Assembly: GCA_965223005.1 (NCBI GenBank)
Contig: CBDCVK010000010.1
Coordinates: 256,001 to 320,000 of the forward strand
Direction of reading: 5' to 3'
DNA: 64,000 bases
Source of the DNA: Terriglobia bacterium
GTDB lineage: Bacteria > Acidobacteriota > Terriglobia > JAJPHL01 > JAPKYU01
This document shows, one piece after another, positions 1 through 10,221 of the stretch. Position numbers and translations under genes: made by a program. Within the stretch, counting starts at the first letter, position 1; every line of letters starts with the position of its first letter. Below the pieces are notes generated by a model, which did no database searches, was not told where the DNA came from, and saw only the letters and a program-made list of their open reading frames with translations.

Positions 1-1
1 G

Positions 2-304
2 GAAATCCTGGAGGAAGTGGACCATCCTTCGATCCGCTGGCTGCTTGACTGCTACCACATGGCGCTGATGGGCGAGGATGTATGCGCCATGATACGACGT
101 GGTTTCCCTTTGCTCGACCATGTCCATGTCGCCGGCACAGCGGAGCGCGGCGAACTGGACCGCAGCGAGCTGGACTACCGCCGCGTGGCCGAGACACTCC
201 GGTCCCTCGACTACCGTGGCTTTGTGACCCTGGAGTTTGCGCCGCGCGGTCCGGAGGAAGCTGCTGTACGCCGCGGCGTCGAGATCCTTACGGGCGGCGC
301 CTGA
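2..304 (+). CDS. Sugar phosphate isomerase/epimerase or hydroxypyruvate isomerase-like TIM barrel, C-terminal part
   Basis: Frame open from the window edge; motifs LLDCYHM, HVHVAG, RGEL, YRGFVTLEF. Confidence 0.8.
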   Translation, partial: EILEEVDHPSIRWLLDCYHMALMGEDVCAMIRRGFPLLDHVHVAGTAERGELDRSELDYRRVAETLRSLDYRGFVTLEFAPRGPEEAAVRRGVEILTGGA

Positions 305-404
305 CGCCAAGCCATTGGCCGCGGCGCCTACGAGTTCTCCGATGATAGGGGCACCATCTGAGTGATCAGCATCAACCTCAAAGGGTACAGAAAGGAGGAT
401 AACC

Positions 405-1232
405 TTGCTGCTAAAAGGCAAGTTCGTCTTGGTTACCGGTGCCAGCCAGGGCATTGGGCACGCGCTGGCTGTTGGGATGGCCGCACGCGGGGCCGCCGTG
501 GGAATCAACTATAAGACGAACCGCCAAGGTGCCGAACGGACGTTGCGTCGTATCGAGCAAACCGGAGGCAGCGCCGCCATCTTTCAGGCGGACGTTGGCG
601 AAAAGCGCCAGGCCGAGAATATGGTCCACCGGTTCGTGGAACGTTTCGGGCGGATCGACACGCTAGTCAACAACGCCGCCCGAACCCGACTCGGACCTCT
701 CCTGGGGGTCACCGAAGAAGACTGGCTCGATGTAGTCAACACCAATCTAAAAGGCACGTACTTTGCGAGCGCCGCGGCTGTTGGTCATATGCAGGGCGAT
801 CAAATGGAGGGTGGCCATAAACAGAATGGCGAGGGCGGGTCGATCGTTAACGTCAGTTCCTGCGCGGCCAGTCTGATGGTGCCGTTTCACTCGGTCTACA
901 CCATGTCAAAAGGAGGAATCGAAGCCCTCACGCGTGAGTTGGCGGTGGAGCTGGCGCCGCGAGTTCGCGTCAACTGTATTTCGCCGGCGCCCACCAGTAC
1001 AGACCGCAATCGAGGCTATGATCCGCAATACGACGAGCGCTGGGGGGCAGTCATCCCCATGCAACGCGTGGCCCAACCGGAGGACATGGTGGGCGCGGTA
1101 GCATTCCTGGCCTCCGAGCACGCCGCGTTTATCACCGGCCAAATCCTGCAAGTGGACGGCGGCTGGACGCTCAAAGGACACACCCCGGATTTGACTCAGG
1201 AAGACTTCTCAGCGGACCGACTGCGTGGCTAG
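405..1232 (+). CDS. SDR family oxidoreductase
   Basis: TGASQGIG, NNAA, YTMSK (YxxxK), VDGG; AAGGAGGA RBS before TTG start. Confidence 0.92.
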   Translation: MLLKGKFVLVTGASQGIGHALAVGMAARGAAVGINYKTNRQGAERTLRRIEQTGGSAAIFQADVGEKRQAENMVHRFVERFGRIDTLVNNAARTRLGPLLGVTEEDWLDVVNTNLKGTYFASAAAVGHMQGDQMEGGHKQNGEGGSIVNVSSCAASLMVPFHSVYTMSKGGIEALTRELAVELAPRVRVNCISPAPTSTDRNRGYDPQYDERWGAVIPMQRVAQPEDMVGAVAFLASEHAAFITGQILQVDGGWTLKGHTPDLTQEDFSADRLRG

Positions 1233-1493
1233 ACCCTTGAGGCGCCCGAGCGTGCGACCAGAGAAACCAAAAAACTCGGTAGCTCGCCTTCATGTTTTAA
1301 CGGGAATTTCCGGGCATGCGTAGGACGACTACTTTGCCAAACCTAACTGTCTCCCGGCGCAGACAGGTAGCCGTGGTGCTGGGGGTGCTGATCTTGGGGC
1401 TTCACCGAGTGACTGACTTATATTTTGGCGCTAAGAAGTGGCCCATTCGAAATTCCAGGTGGGGTCGCTCGGGACCTATCATTTAGGCAATCT

Positions 1494-2504
1494 ATGCGAC
1501 GAAAAGTCATACTCAAAGCGCTGCGAGCAGTTCTGCTCGTGGAATTACTGTTCTTGCTGTTCGTTGGTCTGCAGTGGATTTACCCGGGAATGATCTGGTT
1601 CTTCATCGGTGGCGCTGGCCATTTGAGAGACCCGCATTGCTCAACTCTCAAGGCTGTGTGGGCGTCCCGCATCGTGAAAGCGGAGGAGGCTGCGGTAAAG
1701 AAAATCGCAGCCGAAACCCGACGCGTCGCTGTCGATGGAGACCTGGAGTTGCTGCAAACACCGGCAGGTCGCTACCTGGTTCCCGGCAATACGTCGGAAT
1801 CAAAACCAAGCTCGGGCAACCTCCTTGCAATACTTCTGGCTCAACAGCAGCGGGGCATTTACGGAAATTCGGAGTGGGGCGTTCGTTCCGGAGATACCGT
1901 GCTGGACGCCGGTGCACATGTCGGAGTTTTCACCCGGAAGGCGCTCGATTCCGGCGCGGCGTTGGTTGTCGCCATCGAACCTTCCCCGAAGGCAATCCGC
2001 TGCCTCCGACGAAACTTCGCTTCCGAGATTTCGGCCGGGCGGGTCATCGTTTATCCGAAGGGTGTCTGGAACCGGGACGAGATACTCACCTTCTATTTGA
2101 ACACCATCACTGGCGCTGGGGACAGCTTCCTCATTGCTGCTGGACAGCCATCCACACTCCAAGTTCCGGTAGTTACAGTCGATACCCTGGTGCGCGAACT
2201 CCGCCTGCCGCGCGTGGATTTCATCAAGGCCGACATAAAGGGAGCAAGTGCCCGCATGGTTCAAGGCGCCCGCGAAACTCTGACCGCGTACCGACCAAGG
2301 CTTGTTTTTGCAACAGAGGAGGTTGAAGACGAACCCCTCTTGATTGAGGAGGCAGTGCATCAAGCTTGCCCCGGATGCTACGAGATGAAGTGCGGCCCGT
2401 GTCGGGTTGGCGGCTGGCTCTGGGCCATTGGCGGCCACCGCGAAGTCTACATGGAGACGCTTTTCTTCCGGGCTGTGCCGGGCACCTCGCGAGTGGCCCA
2501 ATGA
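1494..2504 (+). CDS. FkbM family methyltransferase with N-terminal membrane anchor
   Basis: VLDAGAHVG SAM motif, IEPSP, VDFIKADIKG; hydrophobic N-terminus; ATG 1494 preferred to 1425. Confidence 0.8.
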   Translation: MRRKVILKALRAVLLVELLFLLFVGLQWIYPGMIWFFIGGAGHLRDPHCSTLKAVWASRIVKAEEAAVKKIAAETRRVAVDGDLELLQTPAGRYLVPGNTSESKPSSGNLLAILLAQQQRGIYGNSEWGVRSGDTVLDAGAHVGVFTRKALDSGAALVVAIEPSPKAIRCLRRNFASEISAGRVIVYPKGVWNRDEILTFYLNTITGAGDSFLIAAGQPSTLQVPVVTVDTLVRELRLPRVDFIKADIKGASARMVQGARETLTAYRPRLVFATEEVEDEPLLIEEAVHQACPGCYEMKCGPCRVGGWLWAIGGHREVYMETLFFRAVPGTSRVAQ

Positions 2505-2601
2505 ACCGGTAACAGAGGGAGAGGCACCTTGCGCGCTCAAGCAGCACCGCACCGCAGGAATGATTTGCAGGCCTGCGGGCATTTCGATACTTTGTAACGG
2601 C

Positions 2602-4026
2602 ATGGAGCAGCAGGCCGAAGGCGCAGTTCCTATAGACCCCTACAGACTATCGGAAGACGCGGTCCAGGAGCCGCCGACTTCGCTGCTGCAATCGTTGCGA
2701 AGGATCGGCCCCGGGCTGATCCTGGCCGGCTCCATCGTCGGCACCGGAGAGCTGATCGCCACCACACACGTAGGCGCGCAGGCGGGCTTCGCCCTGCTGT
2801 GGCTGGTGATTGTGAGTTGCTTCATCAAGACGTTCGCGCAGATCGAGCTGGCGCGCTACACCATCTCCTCAGGCCTGACCACGTTCGCCGCGTTTCGGCA
2901 ACTGCCCGGGCCGGGCTTCTTGCTGCCCTGGTGGTGGTTGGTGATGGCGGTGACAGCCCAAACGCAGGTGGCGGCCATGGTGGGCGGCATAGGCCAGGCG
3001 GTCCACATGGCCGTGCCAGGCGTTTCCTCTGCAATCGCTGAAGGCGTGGGCTTGGCTGCCCGACCCGAGCTGCCCTGGGCCGTGCTGATCGCGCTGCTGG
3101 TTGCAACGCTGACGGCAGTGGGCAGCTACGGGGTGGTGGAGCGCGGCACCACCTTGCTGGTGGCGGTCTTCACCTTGATGACGGTGGGCTGCGTGCTGCT
3201 GTTGCCCTGGACGGGCCACTCGTTTGGTTGGCGCGAGATCTCCTCCGGCCTTTCCTTTCAGATTCCCGCCCATGCAATCGGGCCGGCCTTCGCCATGTTT
3301 GGCCTCACCGGGGTGGCAGCCTCCGAACTGATCGCCTACCCCTACTTTTGCATCGAGAAAGGCTATGCGCGCCACGTCGGCCCGCGCAGCACGGATGAGG
3401 CCTGGATCCGACGCGCCCGCGGGTGGCTGCGCGTGGTGCACTTGGACGCCTTTCTGAGCATGGTCGTGTTCACGGTGGCCACAGTGGCCTTCTATCTGCT
3501 AGGGGCCTCGGTCTTACACCAATACACCGGGCCGGAAGGGTTGCCGGGTACTGTCAGCGGCATGCTGCAAGTGCTTTCGCAAATGTACGTGCCCGTGCTG
3601 GGCGAGCGCGTGGCGCTCTGGTTCATTGTGATCGGCGCCTTTTCCGTGCTGTTCTCTAGTTTCTTTGTCTCCACGGCCACCATCGGTCGCACCCTGACCG
3701 ATTTTCTGAAGGTCAACGGCTTTATCCAGCTTGCCCACCCGGGCGACCGGTGGTGGTGGATTCGCCGTTTCTGCTTCGTGTTTCCGTTTCTGCATCTCTT
3801 CCTGTTTGTGTGGGTTGCCAACCCAGTGCAGTTGGTCATCATTGGTGGGTTCGGCCAGGCCCTGACGCTGCCCATGATCGCCGCCGCTGCCGTCTACATG
3901 CGCTACCGCAGAAGCGACCGTCGCCTCACCCCAGGCTTGCTGTGGGATGCTTTCCTGTGGCTTTCCCTGCTGTGCTTCTTCGCCACCGCCTTCTACGGCG
4001 TCTGGAACACCTACCAGAAGCTGTAG
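2602..4026 (+). CDS. Nramp/APC superfamily transporter
   Basis: IGPGLILAGSIVGTGELI motif, many TM helices; ATG 2602 preferred. Confidence 0.8.
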   Translation: MEQQAEGAVPIDPYRLSEDAVQEPPTSLLQSLRRIGPGLILAGSIVGTGELIATTHVGAQAGFALLWLVIVSCFIKTFAQIELARYTISSGLTTFAAFRQLPGPGFLLPWWWLVMAVTAQTQVAAMVGGIGQAVHMAVPGVSSAIAEGVGLAARPELPWAVLIALLVATLTAVGSYGVVERGTTLLVAVFTLMTVGCVLLLPWTGHSFGWREISSGLSFQIPAHAIGPAFAMFGLTGVAASELIAYPYFCIEKGYARHVGPRSTDEAWIRRARGWLRVVHLDAFLSMVVFTVATVAFYLLGASVLHQYTGPEGLPGTVSGMLQVLSQMYVPVLGERVALWFIVIGAFSVLFSSFFVSTATIGRTLTDFLKVNGFIQLAHPGDRWWWIRRFCFVFPFLHLFLFVWVANPVQLVIIGGFGQALTLPMIAAAAVYMRYRRSDRRLTPGLLWDAFLWLSLLCFFATAFYGVWNTYQKL

Positions 4027-4202
4027 TGAGCCCAAAGTCCAAAGCCTGGACACTGCGATCTATTGCTCTCAGGGTGGCGGTGCATGACCCGCTTTCCCAA
4101 AGTGGACATGCAAACCCTCAGGGTGTAGTGTTGGGCATTCCCTATGAGATCGTTGGGAAAACCGATGGCTCCTAGGTTAAGGAGCACTCCGGCCGCGAGG
4201 TC

Positions 4203-4250
4203 CGGGAAAAAAGGCGGGAAAAAAGGCAGGAAAAGAGCCAGGAAAAAAGA
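4203..4250 (+). repeat. Four imperfect 12-bp tandem repeats
   Basis: cgggaaaaaagg, cgggaaaaaagg, caggaaaagagc, caggaaaaaaga directly before ATG 4254. Confidence 0.75.
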
Positions 4251-4253
4251 ACG

Positions 4254-5221
4254 ATGAATGTCGAAAATATCAGAAGGTTAGCTGTTATCGGCGCCGGCCT
4301 AATGGGCCATGGAATTGCCCAGGAATTTGCGGCGGCGGGGTATGAGGTCGCCCTCCACGATCTGACGGAGGAGAAACTACATCAAGCTCGAGTAAACATT
4401 CAGGGCAACCTCGCAATGCTAGCCGATATGGGGCTGGGAGACGCAAAGCAGATTCCGTCGGTAGCGAGGCGAGTTCATTGCTATACGGATCTCAAGGAGG
4501 CGGTCGACAGCGTCCAACTCGTAATTGAATGCGTCTCTGAAGACTTGGCAGTCAAACATCGGGTCTTTCGCGAGTTAGACGAGTTCTGTCCTCCTGCTGC
4601 CATACTGGCAAGTAATACTTCCAGCTTGCTTCCCAGTAGACTGGCATCCGTCACAAAAAGGCCTGACAGGGTTTTGGTGACACATTACTTCAATCCTCCA
4701 TACTTGATCCCGTTCGTGGAGGTGGTTCGAGGTTCTGAAACTGCGGCGGCCGTTGTCACAACCGTCTTTGAGTTACTCAAGAAGGTGGGTAAGAGTCCGG
4801 TTATCATGCAGAAGGAAGCTCCTGGCTTTATAGGGAATCGACTCCAGGCAGCCCTTTTTCGGGAAGCCCTCTCGATGGTGGAACGGGGCATCGCCAGCCC
4901 ACAGGACGTAGACCTAGCTGTCAATGGTCGCCAAACAACGGCTTTGGCCGGAGGCTGGCCGCTGCGGGAGTCTTTCAACTTCTTGATATCGCGGGCTGGG
5001 ACACGGTAGCTGGCAGCGAGCGAAAATATCTTCCCGGATATTGAATCTTCCAGGGGCAAGTATCCGCGGGACTGATGGGACAGATGGTCAAGCGCGGGGA
5101 GCTCGGAGTGAAAACCGGGAAAGGAATTTACTCATGGACTCCTGAATCGGCCACGACTTTGAAGCTCAGAATTGCACAAACTCTCGTCGATGTCGCGAAA
5201 AGAGATTCGGAAAAGCCGTGA
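4254..5221 (+). pseudogene. 3-hydroxyacyl-CoA dehydrogenase, frameshifted near the C-terminus (possibly sequencing indels)
   Basis: GAGLMG, ASNTSS, HYFNPP, PGFIGNRLQ; family tail GELGVKTGKGIYSW resumes out of frame and ends at TGA 5219-5221. Confidence 0.8.
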
Positions 5222-5294
5222 CGCAAACACAATTAGGGCGATCTTCGCGAATAAGAGAGGACTACTGAACGGCAGAAAAGTAATTGGCCGCCCG

Positions 5295-7553
5295 ATGATC
5301 CAATATCTTTCGCCGGCACACTGGCGGCGCCAGAAGTGTCATGGTCGCCGGCTCTGGCTTTTCTTCGCTGTCCTGTTTGCCTACGGAAGCTTTGCACTCG
5401 CCAGTTCAACGGGCTTCACGCCGCTGGCGGGGGATATGACTACCTTCGACCCTGCCCAGCAAGTGTTTCCTACCTCAGGTGATCGGATCAAAGTCGCCGT
5501 CTTCTTTCCATTCAGTGGTGCGGCAGCTATCAACGGGCATATCGCCTGGGCGAATATCGGTTGGGCTGTACACGACGCCAATACACAGGGAGGAATTTGG
5601 GTAGATGGTAAGAAGAAGAAAATCCAGCTGATTCGCGCAGACCATCAAGGCAAACCTTCCACGGCGAAGCGGGTCCTTGAAAGGATGTGTCAAAGCGAAC
5701 AGGTGGACGTGATTATTGGGACTTCCGGTAGTCATCTCAGCCTCATCGCCCAACAAGTGGCTCTAAAATATAAAACCATTTATCTGAATGCTGCCGCTTT
5801 GTCCGATATGCTCATGGATGAGCGGAATTTTAACCGTTATGCGTTCAGGACCTGTCCTACGACAACAATGCTGGCCAGAGGGCTAGCACACTTTTACGCT
5901 CCTCGGCCTGTCCGGAAATTTTATATCCTCTGCCAGGACTACGTGTACGGCCATGCGTTTGGGGAAGCCTTCAGAAAGACGCTGCTAGAGCAGAAGCCGA
6001 ATGCTCAGATCGTGGGGGAAGATTATCATCCTCTTTTTGCTAAGGACTACGCGCCCTACCTCGAGAAGGTACGGGGCTTCGGGGCAGAGGTCATCATTAC
6101 CGGCGACTGGCCGCCCGACATTGACAACCTGGTCAAGCAGTCGCGGCAATTGGGCATGCGGACTCCGATAGCAGGGCCTTTTGCCGATATGCCGACTGCA
6201 CTGGAAGCCGTCGGTGGGCCGGCTGGAGTGGGTCTGGCCGTGGTGAGCGCCTTCAATACAACTCACCCTCTCGCACAAGACTTTATGAAGGCCTGGAACA
6301 ACCAGTGGCGGACGTGGAAAGTGCCTCCTTACACCAGCAGCACGTTCAAGTGGCCAATTGGCATTCCCGCTTTCGAAACCATTTCCACTTACTGGTACCT
6401 CAATCTGCTTGCCGAGTTGGGCAGTACCGATCCGGAGAAAGTGGTGGGCGCATTTGAAAAGAGTGAATACCAGATATTTGGAGTGCAGCTGAAGATGCAG
6501 TCCTCAAATCATCAGACAATTATGGACATGGCTGCATCCGAGCTGGTCTTTCCCAATAAATGGCACGAAAACGCCGCTGGCTGGGGAAAGTTTGTAACCA
6601 TTCCCGCCGACTCAATCTCACGGAGCAGACCCCGGGGCGCCGAAGCTGACATTGCGCCGCGACAAGTGGCAAACCAGAGGTCCAATTGGCCGATGTACCT
6701 TTCCCAGGCCATCCATGGGTTGACCTACGGCATGCTGCTCTTCCTCGTCGCTTCTGGCCTGACTTTGATCTTCGGAATGATGGGGGTTCTGAACATCGCA
6801 CACGCGTCGTTTTTCATGCTGGCCGCCTATCTCTCCTACGAGATGCTCGTTCAGGTCGGCAACTTTTGGTTCGGGCTACTAGTAGCTCCTCTGGCCGTAG
6901 GCATCCTGGGCGTTCTGATGCAGCGATTTCTGTTGGCAAGAGTTCAGGCCCATGGTCTAGGACACATGGGCGAGCTACTCCTTACCTTTGGAATTGCCCT
7001 TCTGATATCTGAAGGCGTCAAGATGCTCTGGGGCACGGACAGTCTAGTGATACCGATTCCGGACTCCCTGAAAGGAGTCGTGACGGTTGGAGGAATTCAA
7101 TATCCAATCTATCGTTTATTCGTTGTTGGGTTGTCCTTTGCCATTCTCGGTTTGCTTGCCTTGCTGGTATTCAAAACGCGGTTGGGTACGACCCTGAGGG
7201 CCGCTGTTTCGGATGCCGAAATGGTCGGCGCCCTTGGCATCAATATGCGCCTCATTTCCTCGTTGGTCTTCGGGATTGGGACTTGGATGGCTGGGGTCGC
7301 CGGCGTGGCTGCGGCGCCGTTGTTAACCGTATATCCGGGCATGGCCGAGCAGATGAGCCTGGATGCCTTTGTCGTCGTGGTGGTTGGAGGGCTGGGAAGC
7401 CTGCCAGGGGCCTTCATCGTTTCCCTTGTCCTGGGTGAATTAAACGCTTACGGAATACAGTTCATTCCTCGTCTGGCGCCGGTGCTCACGTTCGCCCTGA
7501 TGGCAATCGTGCTAGCTGGCAGGCCGACGGGACTGTTCGGAGAAAGAAAGTGA
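5295..7553 (+). CDS. Branched-chain-type ABC transporter: substrate-binding protein fused to LivH-like permease
   Basis: Signal-like N-terminus, LivJ-type domain (QDYVYG, KDYAPY), then GLTLIFGMMGVLNIAH and VVVGGLGS permease motifs in one ORF. Confidence 0.8.
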   Translation: MIQYLSPAHWRRQKCHGRRLWLFFAVLFAYGSFALASSTGFTPLAGDMTTFDPAQQVFPTSGDRIKVAVFFPFSGAAAINGHIAWANIGWAVHDANTQGGIWVDGKKKKIQLIRADHQGKPSTAKRVLERMCQSEQVDVIIGTSGSHLSLIAQQVALKYKTIYLNAAALSDMLMDERNFNRYAFRTCPTTTMLARGLAHFYAPRPVRKFYILCQDYVYGHAFGEAFRKTLLEQKPNAQIVGEDYHPLFAKDYAPYLEKVRGFGAEVIITGDWPPDIDNLVKQSRQLGMRTPIAGPFADMPTALEAVGGPAGVGLAVVSAFNTTHPLAQDFMKAWNNQWRTWKVPPYTSSTFKWPIGIPAFETISTYWYLNLLAELGSTDPEKVVGAFEKSEYQIFGVQLKMQSSNHQTIMDMAASELVFPNKWHENAAGWGKFVTIPADSISRSRPRGAEADIAPRQVANQRSNWPMYLSQAIHGLTYGMLLFLVASGLTLIFGMMGVLNIAHASFFMLAAYLSYEMLVQVGNFWFGLLVAPLAVGILGVLMQRFLLARVQAHGLGHMGELLLTFGIALLISEGVKMLWGTDSLVIPIPDSLKGVVTVGGIQYPIYRLFVVGLSFAILGLLALLVFKTRLGTTLRAAVSDAEMVGALGINMRLISSLVFGIGTWMAGVAGVAAAPLLTVYPGMAEQMSLDAFVVVVVGGLGSLPGAFIVSLVLGELNAYGIQFIPRLAPVLTFALMAIVLAGRPTGLFGERK

Positions 7554-8521
7554 AGCGTCACAAACGAATCGCCCTGGGGGTGATTGGCATTCTCTGTCTG
7601 TTGACGACTCCCCAGTTCCTGAGTGCCATTCACACCAACATTCTGGTGGAGCTGGCCATCAGTGCGACGTTCGCCGTAAGTGTGAATCTCCTGTTGAGCT
7701 ATGCTGGGCTGCTCAGTTTTGGGCACGCTCTTTTTTTCGGGAGCGGCGCTTATGCCACAGCGCTCGCACTGACTCACATCGAGGGTTTAGGTCCGATCAC
7801 CGCTCTGTTACTCGGGGGATTGGCCGGGTTTCTGGTCGCTGCACTTTGCAGTCCGTTTCTCGGGCGGATCAGCGGAACGGCTTTTGCCATGCTGAGCCTT
7901 GCGTTAGGTCAGCTGATGTACGTCATGTGCCTGAAATATAGAGAAGTGACAGGAGGTGAAGACGGAATCGCGGGTTTCCCTATCCCTCCCTTAATTATCC
8001 CGGGGATTCTTCGCGTGGAACTGACAGACCCGACCAACTTCTTCTATTTTGCCCTCATCGTTCTTGGCGCTAGCATCGGGCTGATGTGGCACCTGACCAG
8101 GACCCCTTTTGGCAGCCTCGTGATCGGGATCGGAAATAATGCTGAAAGGGTCAGCTACCTGGGGTTTCACGTTTCCTACACGAAAGCCGTTCTCGTCATG
8201 ATTTCTGGAACGTTTGCCGGCGTGGCCGGATCCGTTTTCGCCCTTTTCCACAATGTGGTCTCCACGGATGGAGTTCTTCACCTGATGGTGTCTTTCTTTC
8301 CTCTCATGGCAATCCTCGTGGGTGGCATCGGAACCTTTTCGGGACCAATTCTCGGTTCCGGGATTCTGATTCTGGTCGAGGATTGGAGTAGCCGGTACAC
8401 AGAACACGTGGAGCTTGTGACCGGCTTAACATTCGTCGTGGTTGTGCTTTTCCTGCCTTCGGGACTGGGTGGTTTGGCAAAAATACTCAGGCGAAGATCA
8501 CTCACTGCTTCCCCGGAGTAG
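7550..8521 (+). CDS. livM: Branched-chain ABC permease (LivM-like)
   Basis: GLLSFGHALFFG, TGGEDG, LVGGIGT; GTGA overlap with previous gene. Confidence 0.85.
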   Translation: MKRHKRIALGVIGILCLLTTPQFLSAIHTNILVELAISATFAVSVNLLLSYAGLLSFGHALFFGSGAYATALALTHIEGLGPITALLLGGLAGFLVAALCSPFLGRISGTAFAMLSLALGQLMYVMCLKYREVTGGEDGIAGFPIPPLIIPGILRVELTDPTNFFYFALIVLGASIGLMWHLTRTPFGSLVIGIGNNAERVSYLGFHVSYTKAVLVMISGTFAGVAGSVFALFHNVVSTDGVLHLMVSFFPLMAILVGGIGTFSGPILGSGILILVEDWSSRYTEHVELVTGLTFVVVVLFLPSGLGGLAKILRRRSLTASPE

Positions 8522-8541
8522 ATCACGGAGTCAGGTTCTCA

Positions 8542-9288
8542 GTGAACATCCTCGAGACCAAAGATCTACATCACGATTTCGAGGGATTGAAAGTCCTTTC
8601 TGGAGTGAACCTGCAGGTCAAGCAAGGGGAACGTCACGCCATCATCGGACCTAACGGTGCGGGAAAGACGACTCTCTTTAATATTATTGCCGGTGCCTTT
8701 CGACCACGTAGTGGGCGCGTGTTCTACAAGGGTAGCGACATCACGGGCTTCAAACCTCACAGACTTGCACGGCTCGGGATTAGCCGATCGTTCCAGATTA
8801 CGAGTACTTTTCCGCGCCTGACGACCTTTGAGAACATGCGAATGGCGATTCTGTCCAATCACGGGATGCGCTTCAACTTTCACCGAAAGGTGGACAAACT
8901 CACAGCAGTGTCAGGGGCAACCCATGCCGCTCTAAGACGCGTTGACCTCGACGAGGACTCCGACCAACAAGCCGGCATGCTTTCTTATGGGAAGAGCCGC
9001 GCCCTCGAGGTGGGCCTGGCCGTGTTTACCAACACAGAGTTGGCCTTGCTCGACGAACCGACAGCCGGCATGTCAAAAGAAGAAACGGTTCGCAGTATCG
9101 ACCTGATTAGACAGTTGACAGCCGGGAAGACCGTCATCATCGTGGAGCACGACATGGACGTGGTCTTTTCCCTCGCCGATCGGGTCACCGTGCTCCACTA
9201 CGGCTCGATTCTGGCGTCGGGAAGCCCGAAGGAGGTTCGGGAGGACCCACGGGTCAAAGAGGCCTATCTCGGTCACGACCAGGCTTGA
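8542..9288 (+). CDS. livG: ABC ATPase (LivG-like)
   Basis: GPNGAGKT, LSYG, LLDEPTAG, EHDM, EAYLG. Confidence 0.88.
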   Translation: MNILETKDLHHDFEGLKVLSGVNLQVKQGERHAIIGPNGAGKTTLFNIIAGAFRPRSGRVFYKGSDITGFKPHRLARLGISRSFQITSTFPRLTTFENMRMAILSNHGMRFNFHRKVDKLTAVSGATHAALRRVDLDEDSDQQAGMLSYGKSRALEVGLAVFTNTELALLDEPTAGMSKEETVRSIDLIRQLTAGKTVIIVEHDMDVVFSLADRVTVLHYGSILASGSPKEVREDPRVKEAYLGHDQA

Positions 9289-10007
9289 CATTGCTTCTCG
9301 AAGTCAACCAACTCAACGCCTTTTACGGGTCAAGTCACGTCCTCCAAGGGGTGTCCCTCAATGTCAATCGGGCTGAAATTGTCGCCATCCTGGGACGCAA
9401 CGGCGTCGGGAAGAGTACGACGCTCAAAACGATCATGGGCTTGGTCCGGCCGAGGTCCGGTTCGGTCATCTTCGATGGATTGGATATCTCCGTTTTGCCT
9501 CCCTACAAGGTGGCCCGCGCTGGTATTGGTTATGTCCCGGAAGACAAAAGGATATTTCCTAATCTTTCTGTGCGGGAGAACCTTTTGCTGGCAAAGAGGA
9601 GCGTTGCGGCCGGCAACGAAGGCCAGTCGGAACTATGGACCGCGGAGAGAGTTTTCCAACGCTTTCCTATGCTCGAAAGGAGAGCTGACAACAAAGGGGC
9701 GCAGCTGTCTGGCGGCGAACAGCAGATGCTGGCCATTGGTAGAGCGTTGATGGGCAATCCTGTGCTCTTGCTCGTTGATGAACCAACCGAAGGGCTGGCG
9801 CCGCTTCTGGTTGATCAAGTGCGGGATGTCCTTCGTCAGATCAACCAGGCAGGTGTCTCCGTTCTCCTCACCGAACACAACATGCGCGTGGCGCTCTCCC
9901 TGGCACATCGCGTGTACCTGATGGGAAAGGGTCACATCGGATTCTCCGGGACCGTAGACGAGCTGAACTCTGAGCCTGAGATCAAATCGAAGTACCTTGG
10001 GATCTAG
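9285..10007 (+). CDS. livF: ABC ATPase (LivF-like)
   Basis: GRNGVGKS, LSGGEQQMLAIGRAL, DEPTEGLAP. Confidence 0.88.
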   Translation: MTLLLEVNQLNAFYGSSHVLQGVSLNVNRAEIVAILGRNGVGKSTTLKTIMGLVRPRSGSVIFDGLDISVLPPYKVARAGIGYVPEDKRIFPNLSVRENLLLAKRSVAAGNEGQSELWTAERVFQRFPMLERRADNKGAQLSGGEQQMLAIGRALMGNPVLLLVDEPTEGLAPLLVDQVRDVLRQINQAGVSVLLTEHNMRVALSLAHRVYLMGKGHIGFSGTVDELNSEPEIKSKYLGI

Positions 10008-10221
10008 AATCTCAGGTTGTCTGCGGACTCAAACTATATTCGCCTCAGGAATAAGAGTTCCTTTCGGGCAGCATCAACATTGCCTTCCGAGGGCCATATC
10101 CTAAAGCCTGTAGACGTTGACACCCCCAAAGGAGACCCAGATAATGCCTGGGTCAACCACAGCAAAAAGTCGAAAACCGTTCGGCCTGAAAAGACCATTC
10201 CAGGTGGGAGTTTGAATTCGC

